The notes under the pieces: model-generated
What the model saw: only the letters and a program-made list of their open reading frames with translations
The model's database searches: none
What the model was told of the DNA's origin: nothing
Translations under genes and position numbers: made by a program
Source: an uncultured Dehalococcoidales bacterium
GTDB taxonomy: Bacteria > Chloroflexota > Dehalococcoidia > Lucifugimonadales > Lucifugimonadaceae
NCBI GenBank assembly: GCA_964424025.1
Contig: CAYRHG010000072.1
Coordinates: forward strand, 646 to 64,645
Direction: 5' to 3'
Length of the DNA stretch: 64,000 nucleotides
Shown here: piece after piece, positions 34,875-44,320 of the stretch
How positions within the stretch are numbered: position 1 is the first letter of the stretch
How the letters are laid out: the number at the start of each line of letters is the position of its first letter

Positions 34875-35780
34875 TCAGATGCGGTAATAACGTTCCGCGT
34901 TGGTTTCAAACAGTTTTGCACGATCCGAATCCGAAAAATCGGATGTAATCTCGTCGTACGCGTTCCAGATCGCCGCGTACGAGGAAAACAGCATGTCAAC
35001 CGGGTAATTCGAAGCGAACATGCATCGATCAACGCCGAATATGTCGATCGTGTCGAGAACGAATTGGCGTATTCGATCTGCGCTGAACTCGCCGGAAAAC
35101 ATGCCTAGGGCCGAGATTTTCACTGAGACGTTGTCGGCGGTGGCCAATGCGGACATCCCTTTACGCCACAGATCAATGCCAGCGCCATCCCAGTCGCGTG
35201 GCATTCCGGTGTGATCAAGCACGATCAGCACGTTGGGCACTCGATGCGCCAACGCTGCGGCATCTTCAAGTTGCCAAGGCCATACCTGCAGATCGAACGA
35301 ACCGTCGTGATCGGCAAGCGCTCTGTACCCGCGAAGCCAGCCCGTGTCGGTCATGAGGTCGTTGCGATCAGTGAATTGCCACTTCGGGTCTTCCGCCCAG
35401 TTGAGCATGTGCCGGATACCGCGCCAATTTGGATGCTCAGCATGGCGCGCGATCATTTCCGGCGCGTCGGGTTGTGACAGATCGGCAAATCCGATGATGG
35501 CGTGCGGCATGCCGCGCGAATTTTCAGAATCCGCGACGCTCTGCAGCCACGCCGTTTCGCCCACTGGATCGGCTTCGTGGTCCCATTCGGCTTGCACGTG
35601 GACCGATTTAGCGAGCGGCAGACCTTCCGCATCCTGATGAAGGTGTGAAATGAGGTAAGTGCGACGGAAAATAGAGTAGTCGCCGACGAAGTGGTCGATG
35701 CCCTCTGTGAGCCACGGATAAGGATTGTTCTCTAGGTCCCAAAGATGGTGGTGTGTATCGATGAACTTTGGTACAGCCAT
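34875..35780 (-). CDS. amidohydrolase family protein (Amidohydro_2-type metal-dependent hydrolase)
   Basis: 301-aa ORF. FIDTHHHLWD N-terminal metal motif and LDHTGMP motif. Confidence 0.8.
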   Translation of the reverse strand: MAVPKFIDTHHHLWDLENNPYPWLTEGIDHFVGDYSIFRRTYLISHLHQDAEGLPLAKSVHVQAEWDHEADPVGETAWLQSVADSENSRGMPHAIIGFADLSQPDAPEMIARHAEHPNWRGIRHMLNWAEDPKWQFTDRNDLMTDTGWLRGYRALADHDGSFDLQVWPWQLEDAAALAHRVPNVLIVLDHTGMPRDWDGAGIDLWRKGMSALATADNVSVKISALGMFSGEFSADRIRQFVLDTIDIFGVDRCMFASNYPVDMLFSSYAAIWNAYDEITSDFSDSDRAKLFETNAERYYRI

Positions 35781-35829
35781 GACCGTTCTCCTGTTGTGCG
35801 GCGATTCTTCGGCCGGCGCTAAGCCCGAC

Positions 35830-36159
35830 TCAATCTGTATGGAACACTTCGGTAAGCACGACCATGTTTTGGTCAGGATGCGAACCCTCAGGGATCTCGA
35901 AGTACGGCGCCATAAAGTCTTGCCAACGATCGTTCACTTCCTCGTCTGCCATTCCTTCAAGGGCTTTTTCGAACGATTCCGGCACCTCGGCATAACCGAA
36001 TAGCGTGCCGTCGTCGCGTGCGAAGATGCTGTAGTTGCGCCACCCGTGTCGGCGCAAAGCATCGAGCATATCGGGCCAAACGTTGGCGTGATGCTCAGCG
36101 TATTCATCGATAACGTCCGATTTGATTTTCATCAGAAACCCGACACGTTTCATTTTCAT
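35830..36159 (-). CDS. L-rhamnose mutarotase family protein
   Basis: 109-aa ORF. KRVGFLMKIK....EY.EHHANVWPDMLDAL...GWRNYSIF pattern. Confidence 0.8.
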   Translation of the reverse strand: MKMKRVGFLMKIKSDVIDEYAEHHANVWPDMLDALRRHGWRNYSIFARDDGTLFGYAEVPESFEKALEGMADEEVNDRWQDFMAPYFEIPEGSHPDQNMVVLTEVFHTD

Positions 36160-36303
36160 GCTCCTCGGAGCTGGTGAGATGACGTTCGATTACGACAAAC
36201 ATGACTATATCCGAAACGGGGCGGACATCAGCGTCGAATGAATGGTGGCGGATGAAACTGAGCGGCGTGGAATCGAAGTATGGGAAATCGTTAACCTTTA
36301 AGG

Positions 36304-38058
36304 ATGCTCGCGCCGGACAACAGCCGCGAATTGATTCGCCGCGTCGCGCTTTTTGCGACGGTCGCGTTGTTGAGCGCCGCGTTCGCAGCCGCGATTGCTT
36401 GCACTGATAAGGCGGACGTGGAGGTTGCTACCATCGAGCCAACCGCAGCGCCTCCTGGCGAAGTGGTCAAGAGAGACCTCGTACCTCCAACCGAGCGGCC
36501 TCCAACGTTTACTCGCACCCCTACGTTCACCGTCACCAGCACATTTACCCCCACCGCTACGAGCACGGCACCGCCGACTAGCACACCTACGCCTTCTCCT
36601 ACTCCCACATTTACGCCGGTCCCTACGCCCACGCCGACCTCGACTCCAGTACCCACCGCTACGCCCACTCCTACACCAACACCTACCGCCACGCCTACTC
36701 CGTCACCGACAAATACCCCGATACCGACAGAGGTACCGCCCAACACGCCGACACCAGAACCGACTGCGACACCGACGCCGGAACCGACTGCGACACCGAC
36801 GCCGGAACCGACCGCGACGCCGACGCCGGAACCGACCGCGACGCCACTTCCGACATCCACTCCAACCATCACGCCTACACCTTCGCCGGTACCAGCAACT
36901 GACCTGACCATTCGTTGGGTGTTCGAAACTAAATCCACGGGAACAGGACCAATCCGGGCCATAGTGCCAGATGTTACAGTTCGCGATGGGGTAGTCTACG
37001 TTGGTTCGAAAGACAACACCTTCTACGCGTTAGACGCATTGTCCGGTAATGAGATTTGGTCGCGCAACGTTCATTCCGATGTCACGACTGGAGCGGTTTT
37101 GAGCGAAGACGGATCCACCGTCTTTTTCGGCACGGCGAGTGAGGGCATCTACGCCCTGAACACCGAAAACGGTAGCAAGCTGTGGGACTACAACAACGAC
37201 AATGTCGGGAGCTTCGATGTCCGACCTACTGTTCACGGCCACGTATTAATTGCACCATCGTCTGACGGCCGCATTTACGCCTTTGACGCGGATCCGGAAA
37301 GCGAAAACGTCGGTCAGCGTTTATGGACTTTCCCCGCAGAACGATCGAAGGAATTGAATCAGTTCAGAGAATCGGGAGTAGCGCATCGGGACATTTTTTA
37401 CATCGGTAATGACGATGGCACCATGCACGCTGTGACTATCAGTACCGGATTCCGTAACTCAGCGGATCATCGAGGCAACCAGATGCCCTATTACGATCCG
37501 GGTGGAGACGCGGAACCGGAGGCACTTAAATCTGCGGTCGTCCGATCCGGAAATGACATCTACTTTGCAAACGACGCCAATGAAATCATCCAGTACACAG
37601 GGAATAGGATCAGGTGGGTTTACACAGCGCGTCGACCGGTCAGGGGAGAAATCGCAGCCACCGAGGACATAGTGGTTGCCGCCGATCGATCTGGGGCGAT
37701 CTACGCCTTGAACCCAGACCTCATGGAAGCCGAAAAGAAGCGGGAACGCGATCTATACGTTTCGCCTGAACTGCTTTGGAGGGAGTTCACGGAAACGCAA
37801 GAAGGTGTGGACGCAATCGTCATCGGAGGGCCAGTAATAGCTGGTGATTACGTTTTCGTGATAGATCATTTCGGCGTCCTTTACATGATCGATCTCGATC
37901 GCGGCAAGGCGAGATACACGCTTGATCTATGGCATGGGCCCTCTCCTTGTCGGTTGTGCAAATCTACCCCTGCTATTGAGGGCGATATGCTGTTCGCAGG
38001 AACTCAAGACGGCACCATCGTTGGGATTCAACTTCCCGAGTACGTCGGCGACGAATAG
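36304..38058 (+). CDS. PQQ-like beta-propeller repeat protein with N-terminal anchor and ~170-aa Pro/Thr-rich linker
   Basis: 584-aa ORF. Hydrophobic N-terminus, PT-rich low-complexity region (aa ~45-210), then repeated VY.GS.D..FYALD / IYA.. blade-like motifs. Confidence 0.75.
   Translation: MLAPDNSRELIRRVALFATVALLSAAFAAAIACTDKADVEVATIEPTAAPPGEVVKRDLVPPTERPPTFTRTPTFTVTSTFTPTATSTAPPTSTPTPSPTPTFTPVPTPTPTSTPVPTATPTPTPTPTATPTPSPTNTPIPTEVPPNTPTPEPTATPTPEPTATPTPEPTATPTPEPTATPLPTSTPTITPTPSPVPATDLTIRWVFETKSTGTGPIRAIVPDVTVRDGVVYVGSKDNTFYALDALSGNEIWSRNVHSDVTTGAVLSEDGSTVFFGTASEGIYALNTENGSKLWDYNNDNVGSFDVRPTVHGHVLIAPSSDGRIYAFDADPESENVGQRLWTFPAERSKELNQFRESGVAHRDIFYIGNDDGTMHAVTISTGFRNSADHRGNQMPYYDPGGDAEPEALKSAVVRSGNDIYFANDANEIIQYTGNRIRWVYTARRPVRGEIAATEDIVVAADRSGAIYALNPDLMEAEKKRERDLYVSPELLWREFTETQEGVDAIVIGGPVIAGDYVFVIDHFGVLYMIDLDRGKARYTLDLWHGPSPCRLCKSTPAIEGDMLFAGTQDGTIVGIQLPEYVGDE
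36748..36843 (+). repeat. 4 x 24-bp tandem repeat encoding (PTPEPTAT)4 inside the PT linker
   Basis: ccgacVccRgaaccgacYgcgacR repeated four times head to tail, seen directly. Confidence 0.9.
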
Positions 38059-38164
38059 TTTCCGCCGCTAATCAACGGCGCGATGTTAAACTGCGCTACT
38101 GAATCGCCGTTCCCCGAGGACGGCGTGTTCATCAGCATTGTTCAACCCTTCAGTTGGAAACGCC

Positions 38165-38509
38165 ATGAAATCATTCGCACAAGCACTAGACCTCAAGAAC
38201 GATCCGAAAGTCATTGCGGAATATGAAGAGTACCACCGCGACGTCTGGCCGGAGGTGTTAGAAGCACTGAAGGGAATCGGCATCGAACGCATGGAGATAT
38301 TCCGCATCGGGAACCACCTCTTCATGTACTGCACGGCTCCTGACGACTTCGATCCCAGCCGCGATTTCCAGAACTACACATCGACCAAACGCGCTGAAGA
38401 GTGGAACGATCTGATGATGACATACCAGCAGAAAGTCCCCGAGGCCGGCCCCGATGATTGGTGGGCTCCGATGTCACTCGCGTTCGACTCTGAGTGGTTT
38501 GAAGATTGA
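38165..38509 (+). CDS. L-rhamnose mutarotase family protein (second paralogue)
   Basis: ORF 38138..38509; probable start ATG 38165 (MKSFAQALDLK). EYEEYHRDVWPEVLEALKGIGIERMEIF pattern. Confidence 0.75.
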   Translation: MKSFAQALDLKNDPKVIAEYEEYHRDVWPEVLEALKGIGIERMEIFRIGNHLFMYCTAPDDFDPSRDFQNYTSTKRAEEWNDLMMTYQQKVPEAGPDDWWAPMSLAFDSEWFED

Positions 38510-38551
38510 GAACCGCACCTCTAGGTTCGTACCCATCGGCGGACCCAAGTA

Positions 38552-38875
38552 GTGTCTAGAGACGAACCGGATACCGCGGAAGAGTTCACCGAAGCAATCT
38601 CTGAAGCGATCCAAACGGCCGAGGAACTTGCTCTGACATCGGTCGCCCGCGGCGATTACACGCATTCAGACCTAATTTCAGAGCGTTTAACGCCCTGTCT
38701 GATGCAAGCGAAGACGTACGCGGAGATTGGCATGACTTCTGCTCCAGAGATTCGGAGTGGCATCACAGAAGCGACAGTCGTCGTGGCCGAATTGGCTGAC
38801 ATCGACGCCAGGTTTTCGCCACTGCTTAGCACGTTGAGACGTCTGCGCGAAGCTGTATCGCGAAATATCGTCTAG
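38552..38875 (+). CDS. hypothetical protein
   Basis: 107-aa acidic, helical-looking ORF immediately upstream of ybeY. No recognisable motif. Confidence 0.3.
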   Translation: MSRDEPDTAEEFTEAISEAIQTAEELALTSVARGDYTHSDLISERLTPCLMQAKTYAEIGMTSAPEIRSGITEATVVVAELADIDARFSPLLSTLRRLREAVSRNIV

Positions 38876-38890
38876 CTTGGATTTGCCTCG

Positions 38891-39373
38891 ATGAACCGCA
38901 TCGATGTCGAGATAGATGAGGTAGCCATCACAGCTTCCAACGCCGAAGTGCAAATCGTCGAAATTGCAATCGACACGATCCTGAAACGAGAAGGATATTC
39001 TGCCGATCGGTTTGCTGAGATCACTGTTCTACTCACCAGCGATGCCAGATTAAGGCAATTGAACCGCGACTTCGCTGGCGAAGACCATGTAACTGACGTG
39101 CTTTCATTCGGTGCGAGCACCGCAACGGACTTCCCCGACCAAGAAGGCGACGGCATTCATCGCGTTCGCTTGGGAGACATCGCGATTTCAGTGCCGCAGA
39201 CGACACGACAGGCGATTGACAAAGACGTGACCTTTGAGCGGGAGCTAGCGATGCTGGCTATCCATGGCACCTTGCATCTACTTGGGTATGATCACACGGA
39301 GCCGGATGACGAGCTCGTAATGTTTGGAAAAACCGACGACGCGTTGGACGAAGTTTTCGCTTCTGTTGACTGA
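38891..39373 (+). CDS. ybeY: rRNA maturation endoribonuclease YbeY
   Basis: 160-aa ORF with zinc motif HGTLHLLGYDH. Confidence 0.9.
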   Translation: MNRIDVEIDEVAITASNAEVQIVEIAIDTILKREGYSADRFAEITVLLTSDARLRQLNRDFAGEDHVTDVLSFGASTATDFPDQEGDGIHRVRLGDIAISVPQTTRQAIDKDVTFERELAMLAIHGTLHLLGYDHTEPDDELVMFGKTDDALDEVFASVD

Positions 39374-39407
39374 GCTGCCGAGCGTGCGACTCGGTCGCTT
39401 CTTTGCC

Positions 39408-40949
39408 TTAACGGCTGTTTAGGAAGAGCGGGGCGAGTAGCTGATCGACGGGGACATAGTTATCGGTCAGCATTATCGGATCTTCGCGGTGAAACCAACG
39501 GTATGAGAACTCTTCGGGCATGAATTTCGACACCGGTTCATGCCATCCAGATGCTTTGTTGGCTTCGACCAGGTCGTCATAAGTGATCTGGTATGAAGAT
39601 CCGACCACTACGTGGGTTACGTTCGGGCGTTCGTCGTTCTCCCAGATTTCGTCTTCGCGTAGGACATACACGTAGTCGAAAGTCTGTCGCAACGTGTTGA
39701 CGTATGCGCGAAGGAAGTTGCCGATCTCGAGATTGTCGACGATATTGACGATGTAGATGCCGTCGGGTTTCAGTAGCTCTTTGACGCGCTGATTGAATTC
39801 GTGCGTAGTCAACTGGTACGGCACTGAGAAATCGTTGAATGCGTCGCCTACAACCATGTCGTACTGACCGTCAGGTAAGTCGTTGGCCTTCATGCGAGCA
39901 TCTACGTTGTAGGTGGTAATAGTGGTGTTTCTTGGTAGCGCGAAGTAGGCGTGGGCAACCTCGGTGACCTCTGGGTCGATTTCGATCACTTCCACGTCCC
40001 AGTGCGGATACCGGACCTCGATGAGGCGGGGCATCGTGTAGCCACCGCCGCCAATGAACATCACTTTGGGTTTCTCGCTGCGCTGATCCTGCAAGGACAC
40101 AAAATCGGCGGTGACCTTCTCGTAGCCGTAGACGAGAAATGTTGGGTCGTCGAGTGCGACGTAGCTGTGAAGCAGTTGATCAAGCGTCAGAGTACGGACA
40201 CGGTGGCCCTCGATCTCTCGTTCGCGCACTTTGATGCAGAAGTAGCTGCTTTCTTCGTCGCAACCGGAATCGAACCAGTCGTACCTAATCGTCAAAACAC
40301 CTGAGACTGCGATGATCGCTATGGCAATGACCGCGAGGAACTTGTAACGGACTTTCCACAAATCTCCAAACAATAGTGCCATTGCGAAAAGGACGATCGC
40401 GACCGCTAACACAATGGGTCGCGTACCGATCCACTGGATGAGTACGAAGCCCGTCAAGAAGACGCCGAGGATGGAACCTGCGGTCGAAATCGCGTAGAAC
40501 CTACCCACAATGTCGCCGGTTCTGGATAAATCTCGCAGTTCTAGCTTGATGACGATCGGCGTGACCATCCCAAGGATGACACTGACTGGCAAGAAGAGCG
40601 CCCCAGTCAACGCCACGATCCTAGGCAGCAACGGTAGTCCCCCGACCAATTCTCCGACTACCGAGATAAGTGGCAGGATGATCACGGTGAAGACGCCGGA
40701 AATCAACAGGATGATGCCGAGTGTGAGACGGGCTGGGAACTTGTCGGCGATGAGCCCTCCAGCGTAGTTTCCCGCGCTGATTCCCGCCAAAACCACGCCA
40801 ATGATGCTGGTCCACGTGTACAGCGACACTCCGATGACAGGTGCGAGGATACGACCTGCGACGATCTCCAGGATCAGCGTGCACGCGCTCGCGGAGAAGA
40901 CGATGAGATACGGGACTACAAAGCCTATCGGTGCTAGTCGTTCTCTCAT
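39408..40949 (-). CDS. fused membrane domain / spermidine synthase-like aminopropyltransferase
   Basis: 513-aa ORF. About 7 N-terminal TM helices, then a class I methyltransferase-like fold (FIGGGGYTMPR, VGDAFND) typical of fused MFS/spermidine synthase proteins. Confidence 0.75.
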   Translation of the reverse strand: MRERLAPIGFVVPYLIVFSASACTLILEIVAGRILAPVIGVSLYTWTSIIGVVLAGISAGNYAGGLIADKFPARLTLGIILLISGVFTVIILPLISVVGELVGGLPLLPRIVALTGALFLPVSVILGMVTPIVIKLELRDLSRTGDIVGRFYAISTAGSILGVFLTGFVLIQWIGTRPIVLAVAIVLFAMALLFGDLWKVRYKFLAVIAIAIIAVSGVLTIRYDWFDSGCDEESSYFCIKVREREIEGHRVRTLTLDQLLHSYVALDDPTFLVYGYEKVTADFVSLQDQRSEKPKVMFIGGGGYTMPRLIEVRYPHWDVEVIEIDPEVTEVAHAYFALPRNTTITTYNVDARMKANDLPDGQYDMVVGDAFNDFSVPYQLTTHEFNQRVKELLKPDGIYIVNIVDNLEIGNFLRAYVNTLRQTFDYVYVLREDEIWENDERPNVTHVVVGSSYQITYDDLVEANKASGWHEPVSKFMPEEFSYRWFHREDPIMLTDNYVPVDQLLAPLFLNSR

Positions 40950-41108
40950 GTTCCGCTCAATCTATCCAAAACGGGCGACGCTTTAAGTCGTCGATCGTTA
41001 AGGCGCGTTCCGCGCATTAGCAGAAATAAGGATACTTGCGAATGAGGCGTTGCGACAACACCAAAGCCGGTGTGCGCCGCTGTTCGGCTGTTTCTTTTGG
41101 CGTTGCCG

Positions 41109-41936
41109 TCAGGAAACGGAAGAAAAAAAGCGGAGGACGCGGTCGACGAACCGTTCTGGGAATGAGTTGTGCATGCCATGTCCAGAATCGTCCCATTTTT
41201 CGTATTCCGCGACGGGCAATAGTTCCATGGCCTCCACAGCGTCTTCGTCGTAGAGCGCGGAGCCCAAGTTCGGTTCCGCCTGCAATAACAGACTCGGCGA
41301 ATGGGCTTTTCGGAGCAGGTCTTCCGAGCGCCAATTCGCCCGGGCGCGTCCGCTGAGGGTAGACCTAAAAACCTCGGGGTCCATCTGCAAGTACTTCGCG
41401 GCGCGTTCCCGACATCGTTCGTCGTCGTACTCGGGATTGGTTTCCCTGACGTGTGCAATCAGCGTGTGCAGATCGGGTTTCGTGTCAAGAACTTCGAGGG
41501 TCGCCGCAAACGCGGAGCGGAAGTGGTTGGCCTCCCAACGACGATGAGTGAACAATGGCGGGTCCTCGTAAACCGCGGCTCGGACCAGATCCGAACGTAA
41601 GGCATTCATTCCCAAGGCTGTGACGCCACCGAGCGAATGGCCAACAACGTGCGCGGGTTCACCAATCACGCGTTCGAGGAATTCAACCTGATCTTCTGAG
41701 TACAAGCGCCAATGGTAGCCTTCAGACGTCCAAGTAGACTTTCCGTGACCGCGCAGATCCACAGCGTAAACTTGCCAATCGGCAGAGAACGCCTCTGAAA
41801 CGTTGCTCCAATCCTGCCACCGACCACTGATACCATGTATCAACAGCAACGGCGGCCCGTTTTCAGGGCCTTTCGCATAGTTGATCTGGCGTCCGTCTAA
41901 TTCGAAACGCGATTCGGTCAGGATGTCCGTTTCCAT
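41109..41936 (-). CDS. alpha/beta hydrolase
   Basis: ORF 41109..41987; ATG 41936 removes the overlap with the upstream gene. HGISG and GHSLGG motifs. Confidence 0.8.
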   Translation of the reverse strand: METDILTESRFELDGRQINYAKGPENGPPLLLIHGISGRWQDWSNVSEAFSADWQVYAVDLRGHGKSTWTSEGYHWRLYSEDQVEFLERVIGEPAHVVGHSLGGVTALGMNALRSDLVRAAVYEDPPLFTHRRWEANHFRSAFAATLEVLDTKPDLHTLIAHVRETNPEYDDERCRERAAKYLQMDPEVFRSTLSGRARANWRSEDLLRKAHSPSLLLQAEPNLGSALYDEDAVEAMELLPVAEYEKWDDSGHGMHNSFPERFVDRVLRFFSSVS

Positions 41937-41959
41937 TGGCTTTGAGAGTTCTCCCGTTT

Positions 41960-43108
41960 TCAATATTGCTTGAAGAGTTCGCCCCAAGGGGTTTTCAACG
42001 CTTCCGAGACACGTTTACGACCGATAAATCGAAGCCAGAACTCGTTGTGGTACAGGTTTGATGCGACAAATGCCCACGGGGTGATGGGCGACCTCAGGAG
42101 GACGTTTTCCAATGGCTTTAGAGGTCCCCAATAGATCAGCTTCTGTCCGCGGGAGGCGAATGTGTTTTCGTTCGGGGAAAAATCCCAGTTGACGCCCGCA
42201 ACGTCGTCGCCTTTAATCTCGATTTCGGTGGGATTACCTACGCCCAAGCCCATTTCGTGAGCGATACGGATCTTTGGGATCGACATTGGATCGAAACCCA
42301 TCATTTTGGCCGCGATCGCATCGATTGCTACTTGGTCCGCGGAAGCCAAGATGACGTTTTTCGTGTGAATGCGCATGGCGCGCGGTCCGGGTCCGTCTCC
42401 CGCGAACGTACCGTCCATCACCGCGAAGATACCGCTATGAATCTCCTTCTGTATCTGAAGCAGATCTACCAGGGTCTCGTGGATCTGGGCGTGCGTCCAA
42501 TGGCGGTAGCGATGCAACAATCCCCCGAAGGCGTTCTTCATCGCGCCCGTCATCTGAGTAAATACATGAGTCTTGACCGTCGGCAGTTGGATGATGTTGG
42601 TGCCCAGCAACATCTCTGGAATATAGATGCCGTCCTTGTAGATGTCGGAAAGTACGAGCATCTCAGACGAAGGCACGTACCGCACCCAACCAATTTCGGG
42701 AGTGTCCAATATTGTGTGAGGAATGCCTAGCCGATCCTCGACGGCGGCGTGCTTGTTTTTGATGCGGCCCTCTATCGGATCGACGACGACAGTTCCGTTG
42801 TGGGCCGCGTTCAGGTCGTCGAAACCGTCGGCGCGCAGCTTATTGGCAACGCCCTCGATCTGCCACGGCGCAGTTGAACAGGCGGGGTAGTAGTGCTGCC
42901 AGGAGATATTGACTTTGAGCAGCGTTTGAACGTCGGGTGTCAGCGCTTCGCGATAACCTGCGAGGTCCATCAGTTCCGCATAGTCTTCGATAACCGTTTC
43001 GGGTTTCGTGTAAAGAACGGCCACGGTGCCCAGTTTCGGTCGGGCGTGCGGAATGTCTGGCGCGGAGACCAGACGTTCTTCTGAGGTCGTGGTTATCGGC
43101 GCTCTCAT
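41960..43108 (-). CDS. DUF362 domain protein
   Basis: 382-aa ORF. LKVN.SW, VKTH....TGAMKN.FG, DGT.AGDGPGP and SADQVAIDA patterns match my recollection of DUF362. Confidence 0.6.
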   Translation of the reverse strand: MRAPITTTSEERLVSAPDIPHARPKLGTVAVLYTKPETVIEDYAELMDLAGYREALTPDVQTLLKVNISWQHYYPACSTAPWQIEGVANKLRADGFDDLNAAHNGTVVVDPIEGRIKNKHAAVEDRLGIPHTILDTPEIGWVRYVPSSEMLVLSDIYKDGIYIPEMLLGTNIIQLPTVKTHVFTQMTGAMKNAFGGLLHRYRHWTHAQIHETLVDLLQIQKEIHSGIFAVMDGTFAGDGPGPRAMRIHTKNVILASADQVAIDAIAAKMMGFDPMSIPKIRIAHEMGLGVGNPTEIEIKGDDVAGVNWDFSPNENTFASRGQKLIYWGPLKPLENVLLRSPITPWAFVASNLYHNEFWLRFIGRKRVSEALKTPWGELFKQY

Positions 43109-43138
43109 TGCGGCGCACCAATCAGAAGCTTTGAGACT

Positions 43139-44191
43139 CTAGGCGGCCTCGTAGTGGTGCTCGCCGGCGAGAACGTAGCCGTAGGCCGAAAGGGCTGCTA
43201 TGGCGCCTTGGGATGCGGCGGTTACCGTCTGCTTGAGCGATGTGCCGTCGGTGAGGTCGCCTGCGGCGTAGATGCCGGGCACGCTGGTGCGCTGACCGCG
43301 GTCGACGTGGACTTCGCCGGTCTCGTCGTTGAGGTCGAGTCCGAGCATGTTGGGTATTTCGAGCCTGGGGTCGGCGCCAGCTTCGATGAAGATGCCATCG
43401 AGGTCGATGACGTCCTTGCCGTGGTCGTCTTCGCGGGACTTGTTCATCGGCTCGGTCTGGTCGGGATGGATGTTGACGGTCTCGTTGTCGTCCATCGGGC
43501 GTGAGATTCGGATTGAGGTAAGTCCGGCGAGGTCGGTACCGATGAGTTCGGTGACGGTTGTGTTTAGGAGAACGCGGACGTTGGGAATCTGGGATAGGAC
43601 TTTGAGCTGGATGGGCTCGGGTCGCCAGAGTTCGTCGCCGCGGTAGATGAGGTAGACGTGTTTGGCGTATCGGGCGAGGAGGATCGCGCCTTCGGTTGCG
43701 GCGTTGCCGCCGCCGACAACTGCTGCCGCCTCTTTGTTGCGGTACAGCGGTGCGTCGCAGGTGGAGCAGTAGGAGACGCCTTTACCGGTCCACTCTTCTT
43801 CGTTGGGTAGGCCTAGAGTGCGCCGTTCGCGTCCGACGCAGAGGATGACGGAGCCGGCGTCTACGATGTCGCCGCCGCCGAGGGTGCAGATGAAGCGACC
43901 ATCGTCGCTGGCTTCTACGGCTTCGAGGTTGCGAGAGATTGTGGGGACTTCGAGCTTGTCGACTTGCTCTTTGAATTTGAGCATGAGGTCGAACCCGTCG
44001 ATATCTGGAGTGCCGGGATAGTTTTCGATCAAACCGCCGATCGCGGTTTCGCCTCCAAATGATTCGGAAACGATGATGGTGTTCAGTTGGTAACGGGCGG
44101 AATATAAAGCGGCCGCGAACGCGGCAGCGCCTTGCCCAGCAACTAGAACGTCAGTTTTGTGAGTTTCAAGCATTTCAGCGATTCCAGCCAA
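43139..44191 (-). CDS. thioredoxin-disulfide reductase-like FAD/NAD(P) oxidoreductase
   Basis: 350-aa ORF. GQGAAA FAD motif, redox CSTCD (CxxC), GGGNAA NADPH motif, C-terminal GD..D. Carries a ~35-aa acidic insertion. Confidence 0.75.
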   Translation of the reverse strand: MAGIAEMLETHKTDVLVAGQGAAAFAAALYSARYQLNTIIVSESFGGETAIGGLIENYPGTPDIDGFDLMLKFKEQVDKLEVPTISRNLEAVEASDDGRFICTLGGGDIVDAGSVILCVGRERRTLGLPNEEEWTGKGVSYCSTCDAPLYRNKEAAAVVGGGNAATEGAILLARYAKHVYLIYRGDELWRPEPIQLKVLSQIPNVRVLLNTTVTELIGTDLAGLTSIRISRPMDDNETVNIHPDQTEPMNKSREDDHGKDVIDLDGIFIEAGADPRLEIPNMLGLDLNDETGEVHVDRGQRTSVPGIYAAGDLTDGTSLKQTVTAASQGAIAALSAYGYVLAGEHHYEAA

Positions 44192-44320
44192 ATGTATTGG
44201 GGCTGTTCAGAGAGTTGGGAGTGCTTTATATAAAGTCTATTGCATGGGTGTTCGAGCCCTTCTCGCGGTAACTATCACATGGTCGGTTAAGGACATCCCG
44301 GACGGACCGAGATACGAAAA

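Noticed and set aside
36291-36962. 223-aa minus-strand ORF rich in Gly/Val ([12 protein letters not shown]...)
   Set aside because: It is the exact complement of the Pro/Thr-rich linker (ACN/CCN codons read as GGN/GTN). The plus-strand gene has a coherent signal anchor and a propeller domain, so this is a mirror artefact.
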